A DNA stretch of 64,000 bases from Longimicrobiales bacterium. GTDB lineage: Bacteria; Gemmatimonadota; Gemmatimonadetes; Longimicrobiales; Gaopeijiaceae. A program made the position numbers and the translations under genes. The notes beneath the pieces were generated by a model that was not told where the DNA came from, searched no databases, and was given only the letters and a program-made list of their open reading frames with translations. Positions 1 through 10,956 of this stretch are shown in pieces. The stretch covers positions 2,016,001 through 2,080,000 of the forward strand of contig CBDFMQ010000002.1 in assembly GCA_965249725.1 (NCBI GenBank), in the 5' to 3' direction. Numbering within the stretch: position 1 is the first letter of the stretch; each line of letters opens with the position of its first letter.

Positions 1-718
1 CCGAAGTGTCCCCCCCGGCGGGGGCCTTCGGCCCCTCCAGGACGTGGCTCGGGAGCGGATCACCCATCACGTCCCAGATACGTCCGAACGCGCGCGCAGC
101 CACCTCGGCAGCGGGCCCACGGATCTCCACCCCGGTGTCGCGCCATGGAGGCTCGTTGCTCGTGCCTGCCCATTCCTGTCCCACACAGAAACCTCCGGCG
201 AAGGCCACCTCACCATCTACGACCACGAGCTTGCGGTGATCTCGCTGGAAGATGCCGTAGGGGTCTCGGAGCGAGGGACGGTTGAAGGCCCGAACCTCCA
301 CACCGGCCTGTCGGTAGGGCCTCCAGTAGCGCCGAGGTGTCGCCCAGCAACCCACCCAGTCGTAGAGGACACGGACCTCGACCCCCTGGCGCGCTTTCTC
401 GATCAGGGCGTCCCTGAACACGTGCCCCACCGGGTCGTTGCGGAGGATGTAGTTCTCGAAGTGTACGTAGCGCTCGGCACCCTCGATGGCCTCGATCCAA
501 GCGTCGAAGGTGAACGGCCCGTCGAATTGGAGCCCCACCGAGTTGCCGGCGATCTCGGGCGACCCGGTCGCCCGGGTGAGCATGTTCGGACTCAGGTTCT
601 CCAGCCCCTCTCGTTTTGAGACGGGGGGCTGCGGCTCGGACGGGGCCAACGCGTCACCCGTCACGGGGACGGGGCGTTCCGGGGTCGAGGAGATCGAGCT
701 GTCTTCTGGTGGCTTCAT
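1..718 (-). CDS. cls: Cardiolipin synthase / phospholipase D family, running off the window edge
   Basis: Not in the ORF track. Manual minus-strand translation from ATG 718 gives MKPPED...YVHFENYILRND...GVEVRVLYDWVGC...QRDHRKLVVVDGEVAFAGG...PWRDTGVEIRGPAA, which contains the HxKxxxxD PLD motif. Confidence 0.9.
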   Translation of the reverse strand, partial: MKPPEDSSISSTPERPVPVTGDALAPSEPQPPVSKREGLENLSPNMLTRATGSPEIAGNSVGLQFDGPFTFDAWIEAIEGAERYVHFENYILRNDPVGHVFRDALIEKARQGVEVRVLYDWVGCWATPRRYWRPYRQAGVEVRAFNRPSLRDPYGIFQRDHRKLVVVDGEVAFAGGFCVGQEWAGTSNEPPWRDTGVEIRGPAAEVAARAFGRIWDVMGDPLPSHVLEGPKAPAGGDTS

Positions 719-737
719 CGAGACCCTTGCCGGCGGG

Positions 738-1724
738 CTATCGCCCACCTTCGAAGCGGTACCCAATGAGCTTATACACCAGCTTGGCCACCAAGAAGTC
801 CGGCGCGTGCACTCCGGGCGTCGGAGCCAGCTCTACGACATCACAGGCGACGACGGTCCGTTCACGGAAGACTCGCCTCAGGAAGCGGAGGGTGCGATAC
901 CAATCCCCTCCCCCCGGCTCCGGAGTCCCCGTCGACGGCACCAGGGAAGGATCGAAATAGTCCACGTCGAAGGTCAGGTAGACCGGGTCGCCCAAAGCCG
1001 AGAGGGCACGATCCATCCAGGTGTCGTCCTCCCACATCTCGTCGGCCCAAATCAGGGTGACCCCATCGTTCGTGTCGGCTACCCGGACCTCTTCTTCACT
1101 CACCCCACGTACACCCACGGAGACCAGATCCGCCACATCGAGGATCCGCGCCATGGCGCAAGCGTGTGAGTAGGCCGACCCCTCGAACTCGGCTCGAAGG
1201 TCGGCGTGGGCATCGAGCTGAAGAACGCTGAGCCGTCCGACCCGTGCAGCCTGAGCTCGGATGGCCGGGGATGACACGGTGTGTTCCCCGCCGAGCATGA
1301 CCAGGAAGCGGTCCTGCACCGTTTCGGCCATTCGAGCATACGCCGCTCCGAGTTCAGCCATGGCGGCCGGGGCTCCATCGCGGCTCAACTCCAGGGCAGG
1401 AAGCGTGTGAATACCCACCGTCGAGGGGTCCGTCTCGAGTTCCTGATCGTAGAGCTCGATGTACCGAGAGGCCTCGACGATAGCAGCGGGTCCGCTCCTT
1501 GCGCCGCCCCCATAGCTGGTCGTGGTTTCGTAGGGGACCGGCAGGATCACGGCCTTTGACCGGCCGAAATCCGTCGCCTCTTCGTCGAGGCCGAGGAAGG
1601 TGTGCGGCAGCTCCCAGGGGAGGTCCGAGATGCCGGGAGGCAACGACCCCGGCTGATTGGCATCGCGCTCAGGCTCGAAGCCCCGGCCGGGCGTCTGAGA
1701 GGATCGACGGTTGGGCATGGTCAT
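738..1724 (-). CDS. speB: Agmatinase (ureohydrolase family)
   Basis: GGEH, DAHAD, DVDYFDPS and GTPEPGG motifs. Start trimmed to MTMPNRR. Confidence 0.9.
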   Translation of the reverse strand: MTMPNRRSSQTPGRGFEPERDANQPGSLPPGISDLPWELPHTFLGLDEEATDFGRSKAVILPVPYETTTSYGGGARSGPAAIVEASRYIELYDQELETDPSTVGIHTLPALELSRDGAPAAMAELGAAYARMAETVQDRFLVMLGGEHTVSSPAIRAQAARVGRLSVLQLDAHADLRAEFEGSAYSHACAMARILDVADLVSVGVRGVSEEEVRVADTNDGVTLIWADEMWEDDTWMDRALSALGDPVYLTFDVDYFDPSLVPSTGTPEPGGGDWYRTLRFLRRVFRERTVVACDVVELAPTPGVHAPDFLVAKLVYKLIGYRFEGGR

Positions 1725-1770
1725 CTCACCCGCAAATGGACGGTATCCCTCACCGCCCTGTAGGGTGCGA

Positions 1771-2271
1771 CTATAGAGTCTCGATGGGGCACGCCAGCCC
1801 CTCGGGTGTGAGTGCGATCCCAGCCTCTGAGCACTCCTTGCACAGGCCGTAGATCTCGAGTTTGTGGCGGGACGGACGGAAGCCATGCCGTGCCGTTACC
1901 ATCGCCTCGATCCGGTGAATATCGGGGCTCTGGAACTCGAGGACCTTGCCGCAGTTGAGGCAGATGAGATGCTCGTGAATGGGCTCCGGCGAGAGGCGAT
2001 GCTCATACCGCTTGAAGCCCTCTCCGAAGTCATGCTCGGCGACCAGCTTGCTCTTCACGAGAAGGTCCAGCGTCCGATAAATAGTCGCCTTTCCGATCCG
2101 CTGCCCGGTGGAACGAAGCACCCGCTCGATCTCATCGACGGAGAGATGTTCGTCCGAACCGAACACGACCTTGGCCACGGCCTCCCGTTGATGTGTCACG
2201 GGCAGCCCCTGCTCCCTCAGATACCGTCCGAAGAGACGGACAAAGGGTGAGGGGTCGTGGAGTGTCTTCAC
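1771..2271 (-). CDS. Fur family transcriptional regulator
   Basis: T..R, HLSVDE, ATIYRTL, HEHLICLNCGK and YGLCKEC motifs. Confidence 0.92.
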   Translation of the reverse strand: MKTLHDPSPFVRLFGRYLREQGLPVTHQREAVAKVVFGSDEHLSVDEIERVLRSTGQRIGKATIYRTLDLLVKSKLVAEHDFGEGFKRYEHRLSPEPIHEHLICLNCGKVLEFQSPDIHRIEAMVTARHGFRPSRHKLEIYGLCKECSEAGIALTPEGLACPIETL

Positions 2272-2687
2272 GTGTCTGTACTCTCCAGGAGTTCCGGATC
2301 GAACTCTGACATGAACTCCCGAAACTTTCCAGGGTCACCGGCGATTTCGATCGTCCGGGGCTCGCCGAGATCAACCTCGCTTCTCCGTACTACCCCAGTC
2401 ATGACGCGGGGGAGCCGATCCGGCGGCGCCTCACCTTCCTCGGCCATCCCGGCATCTACGGTCAGGCTGGTCCCGGATCTCTCCGCGGTGTACTGGGCCG
2501 TATAAAGGCGCCTCGTGCCCCCGTCGGCAAAACAACTAGCGGCCACCAGCCCCCACTCCTTCCGCCCTCGAATCAACGGAGGAAAGACCCAAAGGCGGTC
2601 GATCTCGCCCTCGCCCAAGCTGCGAGCAACCAACTGCAGCGTTCTCGGAATGGCCTCGGGCACTCCCGGACCACGGTTATCCTTCAC
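2268..2687 (-). CDS. Hypothetical protein
   Basis: Its stop overlaps the Fur start by 4 nt. Natural amino-acid composition. Confidence 0.75.
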   Translation of the reverse strand: MKDNRGPGVPEAIPRTLQLVARSLGEGEIDRLWVFPPLIRGRKEWGLVAASCFADGGTRRLYTAQYTAERSGTSLTVDAGMAEEGEAPPDRLPRVMTGVVRRSEVDLGEPRTIEIAGDPGKFREFMSEFDPELLESTDT

Positions 2688-2766
2688 CCGGTGTCTCCAC
2701 GTTAGATGCTAGGTGACGCCTTTGCAGCGGCACCGCTCGATGGCGCGTCTTACGGCGCCGCTTATC

Positions 2767-3792
2767 TTACCCCTCAGAGCCCAATAGCTCCACGGCAGTG
2801 ATGGTTGCGGCGACCACGTCACTCCGCACCTGCTCCAGTCCGCCCTCGACCAGCGCACCGGAAGCCCGGACATGGCCACCACCGCCAAAGCGACGGGCAA
2901 GCGCATTCACGTCCACGTTGCCGTTTGAGCGGAACGAGACCTTGATGCCACCCTTCGCCGTGGACCGGAACAAGAGCCCCACCTCGATGCCCTCCACGGT
3001 GCGTGGGTAGTCCACCAACCCCTCGATGTCGTCGGCGGTAGCACCCAGCCTCTGGTAGTCCTCCGACGGCACGGTCATCCACGCTACACCCGACTCGGAG
3101 TCGACCTCGAGCTCCCCGAGCGCGCTCCGCAACAGCATCAGCCGACGATGTGGCGAGCTTCCGTAGACCCTGCGATACATCACCTCCGGACTGACACCCC
3201 GCCGAACCAACTCGGCGGCGATGTTGTGGCTGGCCGGGTTGGAGTTGCTGAACCGGAACGAGCCCGTATCCGTGAGGATCGCCACATACATGGCCGGATC
3301 CGCGTCGGACGGCCAGGGGCCGCCAGCGGCCAGGATGATGTCGAAGACGAGTTCGCCGGTCGCACACGCGGTCGCATCGCGGAACGAGACCCCTTGGATC
3401 GGTTGATCCCCCCGTGGATGGTGGTCGACCACAACGGTCGGGAGCCGTTCGATGAGCGGCTTCACGCGTCCGATGCGTGGCACCTCACCGGTGTCCAACA
3501 CGACTGCGACGTCCGCCTCCTCACAGAGGTCTTGAGTCGCCGGTGCCGCGGGATCCAATACCCACGATTCGTCTGGAACGACAAACGCGAGGGACTTCGG
3601 CACCGGAGTCGGATTGACGATATGAGCCTGGGTGCCTCTGGCGCGCAGCCAGGCCGCCAGAGCGACCTCGGAGCCCACGCCGTCTCCGTCCGAGTTGATG
3701 TGCGTGGTGAGGACTGCCGTCTCACACCCGTCCAACGCCTCCAGAACCGCGGTGATGTCCGCCGATCTGGATTCTGGAGTCTGGTAGGTCAT
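2767..3792 (-). CDS. nrnA: DHH/DHHA1 phosphoesterase (nanoRNase/pAp phosphatase)
   Basis: HxNxDGD, VVDHH, TDTGSF, VSFRS and GGGGH motifs. Confidence 0.92.
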   Translation of the reverse strand: MTYQTPESRSADITAVLEALDGCETAVLTTHINSDGDGVGSEVALAAWLRARGTQAHIVNPTPVPKSLAFVVPDESWVLDPAAPATQDLCEEADVAVVLDTGEVPRIGRVKPLIERLPTVVVDHHPRGDQPIQGVSFRDATACATGELVFDIILAAGGPWPSDADPAMYVAILTDTGSFRFSNSNPASHNIAAELVRRGVSPEVMYRRVYGSSPHRRLMLLRSALGELEVDSESGVAWMTVPSEDYQRLGATADDIEGLVDYPRTVEGIEVGLLFRSTAKGGIKVSFRSNGNVDVNALARRFGGGGHVRASGALVEGGLEQVRSDVVAATITAVELLGSEG

Positions 3793-3847
3793 AGACCGAT
3801 CGTGAAAGGGACGTGGCGCGACCCGCTGTACCTCTTTCGACCGCCCT

Positions 3848-5737
3848 CTACGCCGAGAAGGGCAGACGCTTTCTCACCTTGGCCCAAGTGGAGGCCAGGT
3901 GCACCGACCAGGGCGTCGTTACACCCCTGACTCGCGCCCCCGCCAAAGCCTCCAACAGCGCCGCCGGCTCGTTGGGGTGATCCGGGACCTCCACGAAGCC
4001 ACCGGCCACCTCGCCCACCGTGTGGGCATCGGAACCGGCTCCCCTCGCCTTCCCCCACCGGACCGCCAACTCCTCCGCCGGCTCGTTCAGCCTACCCGGA
4101 TGAAGCCGCGCGTTGAAAACCTCGACCACATCGACCAACGGAGCAAGTTCCTCGGCGTAGCGACCGGATCCGCCCTTACCGCTGGCGTAAGCGTGCGGAA
4201 GATAGACGATGCCTCCCTGCTCACGAACAATGCGGCAGACCTCCTGGGCCAAAGTCCCTTTGGGGATCTCCTCTTCGAGGTACAGGCCGATCATGTCGAT
4301 TCCTTCGGCCGTCTTGACCTCCTCACCGGGGATGACCGCATCCGGGAACGCCTCTGCCATCTCCAACGCCAGGCCCAAGCGGTTGTGATCCGTGATGGCG
4401 ATACGCTGCACCCCCCTCGCTCTCGCGGCCTCGATCACACGAATGGGATCGGAGAGGCAGTCGAAGGAGGCCCTGGTGTGGAGGTGCATATCGATCCGAA
4501 TGAGGCCGGGAGGTGGGCCGAGACCCGTCTGGGCCTCCATGCGGATCTGGTCCAACAGATCGGACGCCGAGGCCTCCAACTGCCCCAACGTGCCCTCGTT
4601 GCTAAGCACGTGATCCGCCCGGTCACGCTTGAGTCCGGGGTCCATCTGGCTGGTCATGATCCCGCGCGCCTGTTCTTCACCGAGTCCACGCTCAGACATG
4701 AGTCGGGCCAGGCGGACATCCTCCGGCGCGTCGACCAAGACCGTGAAGTCGACCTCGTCCTCGAGACCCGCCTCGAACAGTAAAGGCACCTCGGATACGG
4801 TGAGGGAAACACCCTCGCTGAACCGCTTCCTCATCCAGCGGTCCCGAAGTACCCAGATGCGGGGGTGGAGGATGGCCTCCAGTGTGGTCCGTGCCTGCTC
4901 GTCGGAAAACACGAGAGCGCCTAGGGCCGGGCGGTCGAGCGAACCGTCGTCCTTCAGGATTCCGGGACCAAAAGCCTCGACGACCGCAGCCAGACCCGGG
5001 CTTCCCGGCGCCACCGACTCCCGTGCCAGCATGTCGGCGCTGACTACCGGCACGCCTTCGTCCTCCCAGAACGCCGCAACCGCAGACTTCCCTGCGGCCA
5101 CGTTGCCCGTGAGTCCGACGGCAACCAGTCCAGGGGGGTTCGACGCCCCGAAGACCCGACCCTTCACCGCGATGAGTGCCACCGCGGCCAGAGCCGCCAA
5201 TAGGGCCGCCCATCCCATGCCCAGGTAGTCCACGCCGACCTGCCAACCGCGAGCCGCTCCATAGGCGAACCCCAGTCCCACGAGGCCCCACGCGGCGACA
5301 CCCAGCAGGTCGAAGACCAGGAAACGCCGATAGCTCAGTCGCGACGAACCTGCCGCCAAGGGCATGAGTGTCCGTGCGAACGGAATCAGACGGGCCAGCG
5401 TGATCGACAGCACGCCATGGCGCTCGAACAGGGCGGAGGTCCGGTCCTGGTGACGCCGTGCACTCCTGGCCAATCGGCCCTTGCTCCGCATGAACCGACG
5501 GCCCCCGTAGCGTCCGAGCATGAAGCCGCACGAGTCACCGAGGGCGGCGCCCACGAGTGCAGCGACAACAACGGCCGCGAAGCTGAAGTGACCTTCCAGT
5601 GCGAAGGCGGTGGCCACGATGATGGTGGGTTCCGCGGGCAGGATCAGGCCGATGACCAGGGCGGTCTCGAACATGGCCATGGCCCCGACCAGGAGGGGGC
5701 CGTAGACAGCCACATAGGTCGCGATCCACTCGATCAT
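3848..5737 (-). CDS. coaE: DedA + dephospho-CoA kinase + PHP-domain triple fusion
   Basis: N-terminal DedA (LPAE, GD..GF.LGR, ARLIPFART). Middle CoaE (GLTGNVAAGKS, LDRPALG..VF, HPRI, EVPLLFE). C-terminal PHP (DMHLHT, TDHN, GEE, GSDAH). One uninterrupted ORF. Confidence 0.88.
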   Translation of the reverse strand: MIEWIATYVAVYGPLLVGAMAMFETALVIGLILPAEPTIIVATAFALEGHFSFAAVVVAALVGAALGDSCGFMLGRYGGRRFMRSKGRLARSARRHQDRTSALFERHGVLSITLARLIPFARTLMPLAAGSSRLSYRRFLVFDLLGVAAWGLVGLGFAYGAARGWQVGVDYLGMGWAALLAALAAVALIAVKGRVFGASNPPGLVAVGLTGNVAAGKSAVAAFWEDEGVPVVSADMLARESVAPGSPGLAAVVEAFGPGILKDDGSLDRPALGALVFSDEQARTTLEAILHPRIWVLRDRWMRKRFSEGVSLTVSEVPLLFEAGLEDEVDFTVLVDAPEDVRLARLMSERGLGEEQARGIMTSQMDPGLKRDRADHVLSNEGTLGQLEASASDLLDQIRMEAQTGLGPPPGLIRIDMHLHTRASFDCLSDPIRVIEAARARGVQRIAITDHNRLGLALEMAEAFPDAVIPGEEVKTAEGIDMIGLYLEEEIPKGTLAQEVCRIVREQGGIVYLPHAYASGKGGSGRYAEELAPLVDVVEVFNARLHPGRLNEPAEELAVRWGKARGAGSDAHTVGEVAGGFVEVPDHPNEPAALLEALAGARVRGVTTPWSVHLASTWAKVRKRLPFSA

Positions 5738-5800
5738 GACGAGGGAGTTACTGAATTGATGTCCGGAGGGATGGGACGAACAGTTCGACCGTGCAAACCT

Positions 5801-6172
5801 CTAGAACGGGCGATGCTTCGAAATACGGAGGTCGTCGTCGTTTCCCTGCAGCCCGTCGGGCCCGAAGGACTGAATCGCGAAGGAGTCGGCCCAGGACTGG
5901 TAACTGTAGGAGCGTCCCCAGGGATCGGTGCCACCGCCACCGGAGAAGTTGGTCTCCAGCCACGTAGACCACTCGCGGCGGCCGACCAAACGGTAGGTCT
6001 CGCGCGCCTGCAGCCTCACGGCTCTGGAGAGATCCTCCATCTCCCGCTCGGCATTCCAAACGAGGACGGGTTGGAGGACCGGCATGGCCTCATCGATGAT
6101 CATCTGACGGCTGTCGGGGAAGTACAATGCCGCGACGAAGCCAAATATGATCATCAGAATGACTTTGCTCAC
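5801..6172 (-). CDS. Membrane-anchored protein with GspG-like C-terminal domain
   Basis: N-terminal TM segment. DPWGRSY...SFGPDG..GNDDD resembles the T2SS GspG C-terminus. Confidence 0.7.
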   Translation of the reverse strand: MSKVILMIIFGFVAALYFPDSRQMIIDEAMPVLQPVLVWNAEREMEDLSRAVRLQARETYRLVGRREWSTWLETNFSGGGGTDPWGRSYSYQSWADSFAIQSFGPDGLQGNDDDLRISKHRPF

Positions 6173-6450
6173 GGCGCTGTCTTCACTTTCATGCGCTTTC
6201 TCATCTCAGACCCCCACCGAACGTACCTTTCCATTTCATCCACGGGAGGTACGGCCTCCGCATCCCCGTATGCGGTCTCCATCCGCCATCTCATGTAGCC
6301 TTTTGGCGGAATGGGGAGGAAGGGGGGCCTCAAGTACCATCGATTCGCCCGGAACGCCCAGGACATACCCAAGAGTCCCGGAACGAGCGAAGGTCTGATT
6401 ACCGCTGCCTTTGCCAGCCGTACGTAAATCGATGCCAACCGGATTCTCAC
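6169..6450 (-). CDS. Hypothetical protein
   Basis: 4-nt overlap with the downstream gene. Contains a WY.RPPFLP.PP..Y..WR..TAYG stretch. Confidence 0.7.
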   Translation of the reverse strand: MRIRLASIYVRLAKAAVIRPSLVPGLLGMSWAFRANRWYLRPPFLPIPPKGYMRWRMETAYGDAEAVPPVDEMERYVRWGSEMRKRMKVKTAP

Positions 6451-6645
6451 GCTAACGGAGCCGTTCGAAACGCATTCGTAAACATTTGATATCCGAATCT
6501 ACCCGCGCCTCCGGGCGAATTCAACGATAATCGTAGCAGATAAGTTCCTTTCACATGTCCGGAAAGGCGCGGGCCTGCTTGAATAGGTGGCCATTTCGCA
6601 GTCGTTCGACTAAGGTGCTTTCCCGTCCAAGACCCGGAGTTCAGA

Positions 6646-8730
6646 GTGGCCAACCGTCTGTCTCGAGAGAGCAGCCCCTACCTTCAGCAGCACGCGGAGA
6701 ACCCGGTGGACTGGTATCCGTGGGGGGACGAGGCCTTCGAGCGAGCCCGGGAGCGCGACGTCCCCATCCTCCTTTCCATCGGCTATTCGGCCTGTCATTG
6801 GTGCCATGTCATGGAGAAGGAGTCGTTCGAGGATCCCGCCACGGCCGAGGTGATGAACCAGGGATTCGTGAACATCAAGGTGGACCGGGAGGAGAGGCCC
6901 GACATCGACTCGGTCTACATGCGAGCCGTTCAGGCCATGTCGGGCCAGGGTGGGTGGCCCCTCACCGCGTTCCTCACCCCCCAGGGTGAGCCCTTCTACG
7001 GAGGCACCTACTTCCCGCCGGAGCCCCGTCATGGCCTCCCGTCCTTCCGTCAAATCCTCGGTGCGATCCAGAACGCCTATGTGGATCGGCGCGATGAGGT
7101 GACCAAGAACGCTGGCGAACTCCAGGCCATCCTTCTTCGCAGTACCGCGGAGGCCGGCGACGGACCGGTGACCAGCGACGGAGAGAAGCTCGAAGGCGAG
7201 CATCTCATCGACCACGCCTACCGTCACCTCGCCTCACGGTTCGATCCGACCCATGGGGGATTCGGCGACGCGCCGAAGTTCCCGCAGCCGGTGACCCTGG
7301 AACTCGCTCTGAGGGTCCACGCCCGGACCGGCGACCGTCACGCCTTGGCGATGGTCACACATACGCTCCGTAAGATGGCCCGAGGGGGCATGCACGATCA
7401 TCTGGGGGGTGGGTTCCATCGATACTCCGTCGACGCGCGTTGGCTGGTTCCCCACTTCGAGAAGATGCTGTACGACAACGCCCTGCTCGCCAGGGTCTAC
7501 CTGAACGCATCTCAACTCACCGGGGACGCGGACCTGCGTGACGTGGCGGAGCGGACTCTTGATCATCTCCTGAGGGACATGCGTGATCCCGACGGGGGCT
7601 TCTACTCCGCACTCGATGCCGATTCGGAGGGTGAGGAAGGCACCTTCTACGTGTGGACGCCGGCCCAGGTGCGCGCCGTATTGGGCGATGAGGTCGCCCC
7701 TCTCTTCGAGCGCTGCTACGACGTCAGCGAAGCCGGCAACTTCGAGGGGAAGAGCATACTGCACCTACCCCATGACCTGGAGGCCGTGGCTCGCAGCGAG
7801 GACCTGGATGTCGAGGTGCTCCGGAATCGGTTGCGCGAGGCGGGCGAACTGTTGCTCGAAGCCCGAGGGCTTCGGGAGCCGCCGTTCCGAGACGAGAAAG
7901 TCCTCGCGGGGTGGAACGGCATGGCGATCCGGGCCCTGGCCGAAGCCGGAGGAGCGCTGGGTCGCGAGAGCTACGTACAGGCAGCCCTGTCCGCCCTCGA
8001 ATTCGTACTCACGAAGATGCGCCACGACGACCGTCTGCTCCGCTCATACAAAGACGGTGCATCACGTATCGACGCCTTCCTCGAGGACTATGGGGCCGTC
8101 GGGAACGCGCTGATGACCGTCTACGAAGTCACGCTCGATCCGCACTGGCTGGACGAGATTCAGTGGATCACGGACCGTGTGATCGAACTCTTCTGGCAGG
8201 ACGAAAAAGGCGTCTTCTACGACGCGCCGAGGGATGGCGAGACGTTGATCATCCGGCCCCGCGACATCATGGACAACGCGACCCCCTCCGGGAACTCCCT
8301 CGCCGTGGAGCTTCTACTCAGGTCGGCCCACCTCTTCGGGGACGAGCGGTATAAAGACATCGCCGAGCGGGTTCTCGAGCGTGAGGCCGGGTCACTGGCA
8401 CGCTTTCCCGCCGGCTTCGGACGACTCCTCTCGGGATTGGACCGAACCGTCGCCACGCCGGTAGAGATCGCGATTGTAGGAGAGAGAACCGACCCGGGGA
8501 CCCGTGGACTGCTTGCAGCGGCGTTGGCACCCTACCTTCCCAACCGGACGATGGCCGGGACGGCGCCGGGCGAGGTCGTGGGCCATTCCCTGCCGCTCTT
8601 ACTGGACCGAACCGCGGTAGACGACAAGCCCACGGCCTATGTCTGCGAGAGCTACTCGTGTCGCGCGCCGGTGACCGCACCGGACGGATTGTCGGAGCAG
8701 CTCCTGTCTCGTACGGGCCTCGAAGCGTAG
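6646..8730 (+). CDS. YyaL/SPATA20-like thioredoxin-domain protein
   Basis: [28 protein letters not shown] and [11 protein letters not shown] motifs. Confidence 0.95.
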   Translation: MANRLSRESSPYLQQHAENPVDWYPWGDEAFERARERDVPILLSIGYSACHWCHVMEKESFEDPATAEVMNQGFVNIKVDREERPDIDSVYMRAVQAMSGQGGWPLTAFLTPQGEPFYGGTYFPPEPRHGLPSFRQILGAIQNAYVDRRDEVTKNAGELQAILLRSTAEAGDGPVTSDGEKLEGEHLIDHAYRHLASRFDPTHGGFGDAPKFPQPVTLELALRVHARTGDRHALAMVTHTLRKMARGGMHDHLGGGFHRYSVDARWLVPHFEKMLYDNALLARVYLNASQLTGDADLRDVAERTLDHLLRDMRDPDGGFYSALDADSEGEEGTFYVWTPAQVRAVLGDEVAPLFERCYDVSEAGNFEGKSILHLPHDLEAVARSEDLDVEVLRNRLREAGELLLEARGLREPPFRDEKVLAGWNGMAIRALAEAGGALGRESYVQAALSALEFVLTKMRHDDRLLRSYKDGASRIDAFLEDYGAVGNALMTVYEVTLDPHWLDEIQWITDRVIELFWQDEKGVFYDAPRDGETLIIRPRDIMDNATPSGNSLAVELLLRSAHLFGDERYKDIAERVLEREAGSLARFPAGFGRLLSGLDRTVATPVEIAIVGERTDPGTRGLLAAALAPYLPNRTMAGTAPGEVVGHSLPLLLDRTAVDDKPTAYVCESYSCRAPVTAPDGLSEQLLSRTGLEA

Positions 8731-8804
8731 CGTGATGCTCCTCTCTGATTGGACGTTTGGCTATGTTATCGGCTGTCCGACCGAACCCTGATTTCCGGGA
8801 ATAG

Positions 8805-10940
8805 ATGGCAACGAAAGAGCAGGACGTTATCACGACCACGGACGAGCCGGGTCTAGACCCCGACTGGTTGCTTGATGCCTACCGCACCATGGTCACCGCC
8901 CGCCGGCTGGATGACCGTGAGATCGCGCTCAAACGCCAGAACAAGATCTTCTTCCAGATCTCGGGTGCGGGGCATGAGGCCATTCAGGTCGCGATGGCCG
9001 CCCATCTCAAGAGCGGTCACGACTGGTTCTACCTCTACTACCGTGACCGAGCATTGGCCCTCGCCGTCGGTCAGACTCCCCTCGACCATCTTCTAGGAGC
9101 CGTAGGGGCTCACGACGATCCGAACAGCGCGGGGCGTCAGATGCCATCCCACTTCGGCGACATCAGGTACAATATCGCCAGCGCGTCGTCACCCACCGGC
9201 ACACAGTTCTTGCAGGCTGTCGGAGCTGCGGAGGCGGGCATGCGGGTCGGACGGATTCCGGAGCTCGAGGGCAAACTCGAGGGCTTTCAGGCCGACGAGG
9301 TCGTGCTCGTCTCGTCTGGAGATGGCGCCACCTCGGAGGGTGAGTTCTGGGAGGCCCTCAACAGCGCCTGCAATCTCAAGCTCCCGGTGGTGTTCCTGAT
9401 CGAGGACAACGGCTATGCGATCTCGGTCCCGGTCGAGGTCAACACGGCCGGTGGGAGCATCTCGAAGCTGGTCGAGGGTTTTCCGGATCTCCTGATCCGA
9501 GAGTGTGACGGGACCGACGTGGCAGACAGCTATCTCGCTGCTGGGGAGGCCGTTGCGCACTGTCGGGCCCGGAAGGGTCCCGCCCTGGTCCACGCTCATA
9601 CGATCAGGCCCTACTCTCACTCCATGTCGGACGACGAGCGGATGTATCGTCCCGCGGCCGAGCGAGAAGAGGAGGCGAAACGGGATCCGCTCTTGAGGGC
9701 TCGCACGCGCATCCTGAACGAGCGCATCGCATCGCCCGACGAGCTCGACGCTCTGGAGCAGGAGATCCAGGCGGCCGTCGCCGCTGCAGCCGATGAAGCC
9801 GAACTGCATCCTCAACCGGGCCCGGAAACCGTGCTGCAACACCTCTTCTCGGAAGAGGTCGACGTTACGGGACCCGAGTTCGACACCGAGGATTCACCCG
9901 ACTTCGGAGACGACCGTGATCTGACGATCGTCGATCTCCTGAACGCGTGTATGCGCGACGAGATGGAGCGGGATCCTCGAATCGTCGTGTTCGGCGAGGA
10001 TGTGGCCGACGCCTCTCGCGAAGACGTCCTGCCGGAGGTCAAGGGTAAGGGCGGCGTGTTCAAGGTGACCCACGGTCTGCAGACCCGCTTTGGGGGAGAG
10101 CGCGTCTTCAACTCTCCCCTCGCCGAGGCCAGCATCGTGGGCAGGGCCATCGGTATGGCCCAGCGCGGTCTCAAGCCGGTGATCGAAATCCAGTTCTTCG
10201 ACTACATCTGGCCGGCGTTCATGCAGATCCGGAATGAGCTCGCCACCATGCGATACCGGACGGCGGGCGCCTTCTCGGCTCCCCTCGTGATCCGGGTGCC
10301 CTACGGAGGATACCTGAAGGGCGGCGGACCCTACCACTCCCAGACCGGCGACACGCTCTTCACGCACACGCCGGGACTCCGGGTGGTGTTGCCATCGAAT
10401 GCGTTGGATGCCAACGGACTCTTGAGAACAGCCATCCGTTGCGACGACCCCGTCATCTTCCTGGAGCACAAACACCTGTACCGGCAGGTCCACAACAAGG
10501 GTCGGTATCCAGGTAACGACTACATGATTCCGTTCGGCAAGGCGAAGGTCGTGCGTCCGGGATCGGACCTGACCATCGTCACGTGCGGAGCCCTGGTCAA
10601 ACGGTCAATGGACGCAGCGAGGACCGCGGCTGACCAACACGGCATCGAGTGCGAGGTCATCGATCTGCGGACGCTGTCGCCCTTCGATATGGAGTCCATC
10701 GCGGCTTCCGTTAAGAAGACGAACAAGGTGCTCGTGACACACGAGGACTCGCTCTCCTGGGGTATCGGCTCCGAGGTCGCCGCCCGGATATCGGACGAGC
10801 TCTTCCCGTGGCTCGACGGTCCTGTCCGGCGTGTCGCATCGCTGGATACGTGGGTCGCCTATGCACCGCAGCTGGAGCAGGTGATCCTCCCGCAGCCCCA
10901 GGACGTTCTCGACGCCATCGTGGACCTGGCCGAGTTCTAG
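8805..10940 (+). CDS. 2-oxoacid (probably branched-chain) dehydrogenase E1, fused alpha/beta
   Basis: GHEA, TPP motif GDGA..EG...[14 protein letters not shown] and IDLRTL motifs. Confidence 0.93.
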   Translation: MATKEQDVITTTDEPGLDPDWLLDAYRTMVTARRLDDREIALKRQNKIFFQISGAGHEAIQVAMAAHLKSGHDWFYLYYRDRALALAVGQTPLDHLLGAVGAHDDPNSAGRQMPSHFGDIRYNIASASSPTGTQFLQAVGAAEAGMRVGRIPELEGKLEGFQADEVVLVSSGDGATSEGEFWEALNSACNLKLPVVFLIEDNGYAISVPVEVNTAGGSISKLVEGFPDLLIRECDGTDVADSYLAAGEAVAHCRARKGPALVHAHTIRPYSHSMSDDERMYRPAAEREEEAKRDPLLRARTRILNERIASPDELDALEQEIQAAVAAAADEAELHPQPGPETVLQHLFSEEVDVTGPEFDTEDSPDFGDDRDLTIVDLLNACMRDEMERDPRIVVFGEDVADASREDVLPEVKGKGGVFKVTHGLQTRFGGERVFNSPLAEASIVGRAIGMAQRGLKPVIEIQFFDYIWPAFMQIRNELATMRYRTAGAFSAPLVIRVPYGGYLKGGGPYHSQTGDTLFTHTPGLRVVLPSNALDANGLLRTAIRCDDPVIFLEHKHLYRQVHNKGRYPGNDYMIPFGKAKVVRPGSDLTIVTCGALVKRSMDAARTAADQHGIECEVIDLRTLSPFDMESIAASVKKTNKVLVTHEDSLSWGIGSEVAARISDELFPWLDGPVRRVASLDTWVAYAPQLEQVILPQPQDVLDAIVDLAEF

Positions 10941-10956
10941 CAGCCGCCGAGAATCT

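Noticed and set aside
5801..6172. Type II secretion or pilus locus
   Set aside because: A single GspG-like domain with no prepilin motif, and no ATPase, secretin or platform genes.
8805..10940. E1 alpha/beta fusion as a novelty
   Set aside because: Fused E1 is a well-known arrangement in several bacterial phyla.
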